DNA from: an uncultured virus (IMG/VR IMGVR_UViG_3300017783_003463)
Taxonomy: Duplodnaviria > Heunggongvirae > Uroviricota > Caudoviricetes
Virus record (IMG/VR): IMGVR_UViG_3300017783_003463
Location: 57,322-77,321 of that record
Length of the DNA stretch: 20,000 nucleotides
Strand: one strand, 5' to 3'
The stretch's first letter is position 1. Each line of letters starts with the position of its first letter. Positions 17,606-20,000 of the stretch are shown here, piece by piece. The position numbers and the translations under genes are program-made. The notes under the pieces are model-generated. The model had not been told where the DNA came from. It saw nothing but the letters and a program-made list of their open reading frames with translations, and made no database searches.

Positions 17606-17611
17606 TAAATA
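17604..17611 (+). promoter_or_regulatory. Late promoter-like motif AATAAATA
   Basis: Overlaps the upstream stop, 22 nt before ATG 17634, followed by an AAGGA RBS. Confidence 0.6.
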
Positions 17612-17633
17612 AGTATAACAGACAAGGAAGAAC

Positions 17634-17960
17634 ATGGCTTCATTTACTACATATAAAACAGACACTATCAATACCGCTACAGGTACAACCCTTGTAACTT
17701 GTGGAACAGGACAACACTTTTTGCATAGTGCATATATTACAAATATTGAAGGCAGTGCAATGCCTATTACATTAGAAAGAGTACATGCTGATACAACCGT
17801 GACTCATGTAGCTCACAAACGTAAAATTTTTCCAAATGAAACAGTGGATTTAGTATCTCAAAATAAAATATACTTACTAAATGGAGATGCTTTAAAGGTT
17901 AAAGCAGACAGAGCTAGTGCTTTCACTGTGACAGTAAGTTTATTAGATCAGGCAATATAA
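17634..17960 (+). CDS. Hypothetical small beta-rich virion protein (108 aa)
   Basis: RBS and late-promoter-like motif upstream. Alternating hydrophobic pattern ending KIYLLNGDALKV. Confidence 0.65.
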   Translation: MASFTTYKTDTINTATGTTLVTCGTGQHFLHSAYITNIEGSAMPITLERVHADTTVTHVAHKRKIFPNETVDLVSQNKIYLLNGDALKVKADRASAFTVTVSLLDQAI

Positions 17961-17961
17961 T

Positions 17962-18240
17962 ATGGGTATTAATGATTCGAGAACAGATAGTACAGGTGGA
18001 ATATATACAGGAACCCAGTACGGTGATAAAACATTTTATGGTTTTAAATTAGATCCATTGACTGGAGATTGTACAGTTGAAGTCATTGACGCCAATGATA
18101 CCGATCCTATTGTGCTTCCGGATACTATATATTCTGAGGTAGTAGGTCCAAATGACTACAAACAATGGTTTTGGAGTATTGATGCTATTGAGTTTGAAAT
18201 ACACACCGATGGTCATCTTAGGATGAAGTTTTTATCATGA
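17962..18240 (+). CDS. Hypothetical protein (92 aa)
   Basis: Starts 1 nt after the upstream stop and fills the gap on the coding strand. No recognisable family. Confidence 0.65.
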   Translation: MGINDSRTDSTGGIYTGTQYGDKTFYGFKLDPLTGDCTVEVIDANDTDPIVLPDTIYSEVVGPNDYKQWFWSIDAIEFEIHTDGHLRMKFLS

Positions 18241-18247
18241 CTGTTGG

Positions 18248-18255
18248 CATAAATA
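18248..18255 (+). promoter_or_regulatory. Late promoter-like motif CATAAATA
   Basis: Intergenic, 32 nt before ATG 18288. Confidence 0.65.
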
Positions 18256-18287
18256 TTAGTAGATACAATTAAGACAGGACGCAATAA

Positions 18288-20000
18288 ATGGCAACAATTT
18301 TAGACCTTGGAAAACTAAGATTTCATTTTGCAGGCGTATATGATGCGACTACAGAATATGAAATGAACGACATCGTCAAATATGGCGGTAATGTCTATGT
18401 TTATTCAAACGTAACAAGAACAACAGGTAATATACCAACAAACACAGCATATTGGACCTTAATGGTCGAAGGCTTTAAGTTTAGACAAGTATACGATGGT
18501 GCAACACAGTATCGTGTTGGTGACGGTGTAACACACGGTGGTAAAGTATACATTTGTATACTAGATACACAAGGAAACACACCTCCCAATGCAACATACT
18601 GGAATCAGTTTGCTGATGGTATACAGTGGGAAGGCGATTTTGATAATACAAAAGCATATCAAAGAAATGACCTTGTAAAATACGGTTCACAGGTCTATAT
18701 TGCAAAACAAGACGGAACTGCTAACTTACCAACAGTAACAACTTATTGGGATAAATTTGTTGAAGGTGTTAGTCCAGAAGGTGTTTACAATGCCGCTACT
18801 AATTATGTACCAGGTGATTTAGTAGCATACGGTGCTAACATCTATCGTTGTATACAAAACAGCACAGGTAATTTACCAACAGTAACAACTTATTTTGAAA
18901 ATTTTATTACTGGAAGTGATTTCCAAGGTGCGTGGAGTAGTAGTGCAAACTACAGGATTGGACAAACTATACGTTATGGCGGTAATGTCTACAAAGCATT
19001 GCAAGATAATACCAACAAACAACCAGATATCAACAGCATAGATTGGCAAGAATTTAGTACAGGTGTAAATTCTAGAGGCACTTGGGCTACAGCAACTGAT
19101 TATGCCATTAACGATGTTGTTGCTTATGGTGGTAATACATATATTGTTCTAGTTGGACACACGTCGGGAACTTTCTCAACAGACTTAGCCGCAGGCAAAT
19201 GGCAAAAATTTAACAGTGGTGTACGCTACATGGGTGCCTGGACCACAGGTACATCATATCTCAAAGATGATATTGTTAAGAGTAGTGTTAGTACATATAT
19301 TTGTTTAATAGATCACACAGCTGGCGCAGACTTCTTTATTGATTTGAACACAAATAATTATTGGGAAGTATTTGTTGTTGGTGCTAGTTATGTGCTTCCA
19401 AATACAACAGGTAATGCTGGTAAGTATCTACAAACACCAGACGGATCAACATACAGTTGGCAGTTTGCAGGTGCTAATGACAAAATTTTCTATGTAGCAG
19501 AAGATTCAACTAGTAGTGCTGATGATGTAAATCATGGTTCGGCTATTGACTATGCATTTGCTAGTGTTAGATATGCATGTGATTATATTAATGCAGATGT
19601 ATCTAACAGAACACCAGCTACAATCTTTATCAAAGACGGAACATACAGCGAAGTACTTCCGATTCATATTCCTGTAAACGTTACTATTGTAGGTGATGGA
19701 CAGCGTAACTGTATTATTCAGCCAGCGGCAGGTAATGGTGATAACGGTATACCTAACGAAGAAGAAACAATGTTCTATGTAAACAGTGGTACAATGATTG
19801 AGGGTGTAATTCTTAAAGGACTAACTGGGTTTCAAATAGGTACTCCTACAGACTTGTCAACAGCAACAATTAAAGGGACTTACTTCAGATTAGAACCAGG
19901 TTCTACAATACTTAAATCACCATACATCAAAGAATCAAGTGCGTTCTCAACAGGAGGCGTTGGTGCTATTGTAGATGGATCGGTTGTTGCCACAGGTACA
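18288..20000 (+). CDS. Large virion protein with seven CBM5/12-like repeats and a pectin-lyase-like beta-helix start; 3'-truncated and absent from the ORF track
   Basis: Manual translation from ATG 18288 (MATILDLGKLRFHFAG...) stays open to the window end (571 codons). AGGA RBS upstream. After the repeats: KIFYVAED...AFASVRYA...TIFIKDGTYSEVLPIHIPVNVTIVGDG, typical of right-handed beta-helix N-termini. Confidence 0.8.
   Translation, partial: MATILDLGKLRFHFAGVYDATTEYEMNDIVKYGGNVYVYSNVTRTTGNIPTNTAYWTLMVEGFKFRQVYDGATQYRVGDGVTHGGKVYICILDTQGNTPPNATYWNQFADGIQWEGDFDNTKAYQRNDLVKYGSQVYIAKQDGTANLPTVTTYWDKFVEGVSPEGVYNAATNYVPGDLVAYGANIYRCIQNSTGNLPTVTTYFENFITGSDFQGAWSSSANYRIGQTIRYGGNVYKALQDNTNKQPDINSIDWQEFSTGVNSRGTWATATDYAINDVVAYGGNTYIVLVGHTSGTFSTDLAAGKWQKFNSGVRYMGAWTTGTSYLKDDIVKSSVSTYICLIDHTAGADFFIDLNTNNYWEVFVVGASYVLPNTTGNAGKYLQTPDGSTYSWQFAGANDKIFYVAEDSTSSADDVNHGSAIDYAFASVRYACDYINADVSNRTPATIFIKDGTYSEVLPIHIPVNVTIVGDGQRNCIIQPAAGNGDNGIPNEEETMFYVNSGTMIEGVILKGLTGFQIGTPTDLSTATIKGTYFRLEPGSTILKSPYIKESSAFSTGGVGAIVDGSVVATGT
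18321..19383 (+). repeat. Seven tandem ~49-54 aa coding repeats (G.(W/Y/F)...T.Y...D.V.YGG..Y.......G..P....W.....G)
   Basis: Seen in translation. A 22-nt exact copy TTACCAACAGTAACAACTTATT lies at 18726-18747 and 18873-18894, 147 nt apart. Confidence 0.85.

Noticed and set aside
4403..17960. Iron-binding HxH fibre motifs linking the fibres to the heme oxygenase
   Set aside because: I found no repeated HxH motifs of the T4 gp37-tip type in the fibre translations.
18321..19383. CRISPR-like periodicity
   Set aside because: The ~147-nt period is an in-frame protein repeat with diverged DNA, not identical repeats with unique spacers.

Overview
All-plus-strand, gene-dense, AT-rich window from the virion (late) region of a T4-related myovirus, probably a large or jumbo phage. 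Bases 1-4314 hold the head module: 3' end of the portal gene, a small head-associated ORF, an acidic prohead core protein, prohead protease gp21, scaffold gp22 and a short (386 aa) gp23-type major capsid protein followed by an intrinsic terminator. From 4403 to the window end is a cluster of more than 15 kb of modular fibre/adhesin-like genes (YadA-like head repeats, Mtd N-terminal domain, Gly-rich plus LamG adhesin, CBM5/12-like repeats plus beta-helix) that share a small set of modules. Two enzymes sit inside the cluster: an S8 protease with a blue-copper-like (His...Cys-x2-His-x2-Met) domain inserted in its catalytic core, and a heme oxygenase with its own sigma70-type, apparently leaderless promoter. 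Six T4-late-promoter-like nnTAAATA motifs precede structural genes. I saw no RNA genes, CRISPR array or mobile element. All family calls are from motif recognition by eye, not database searches.
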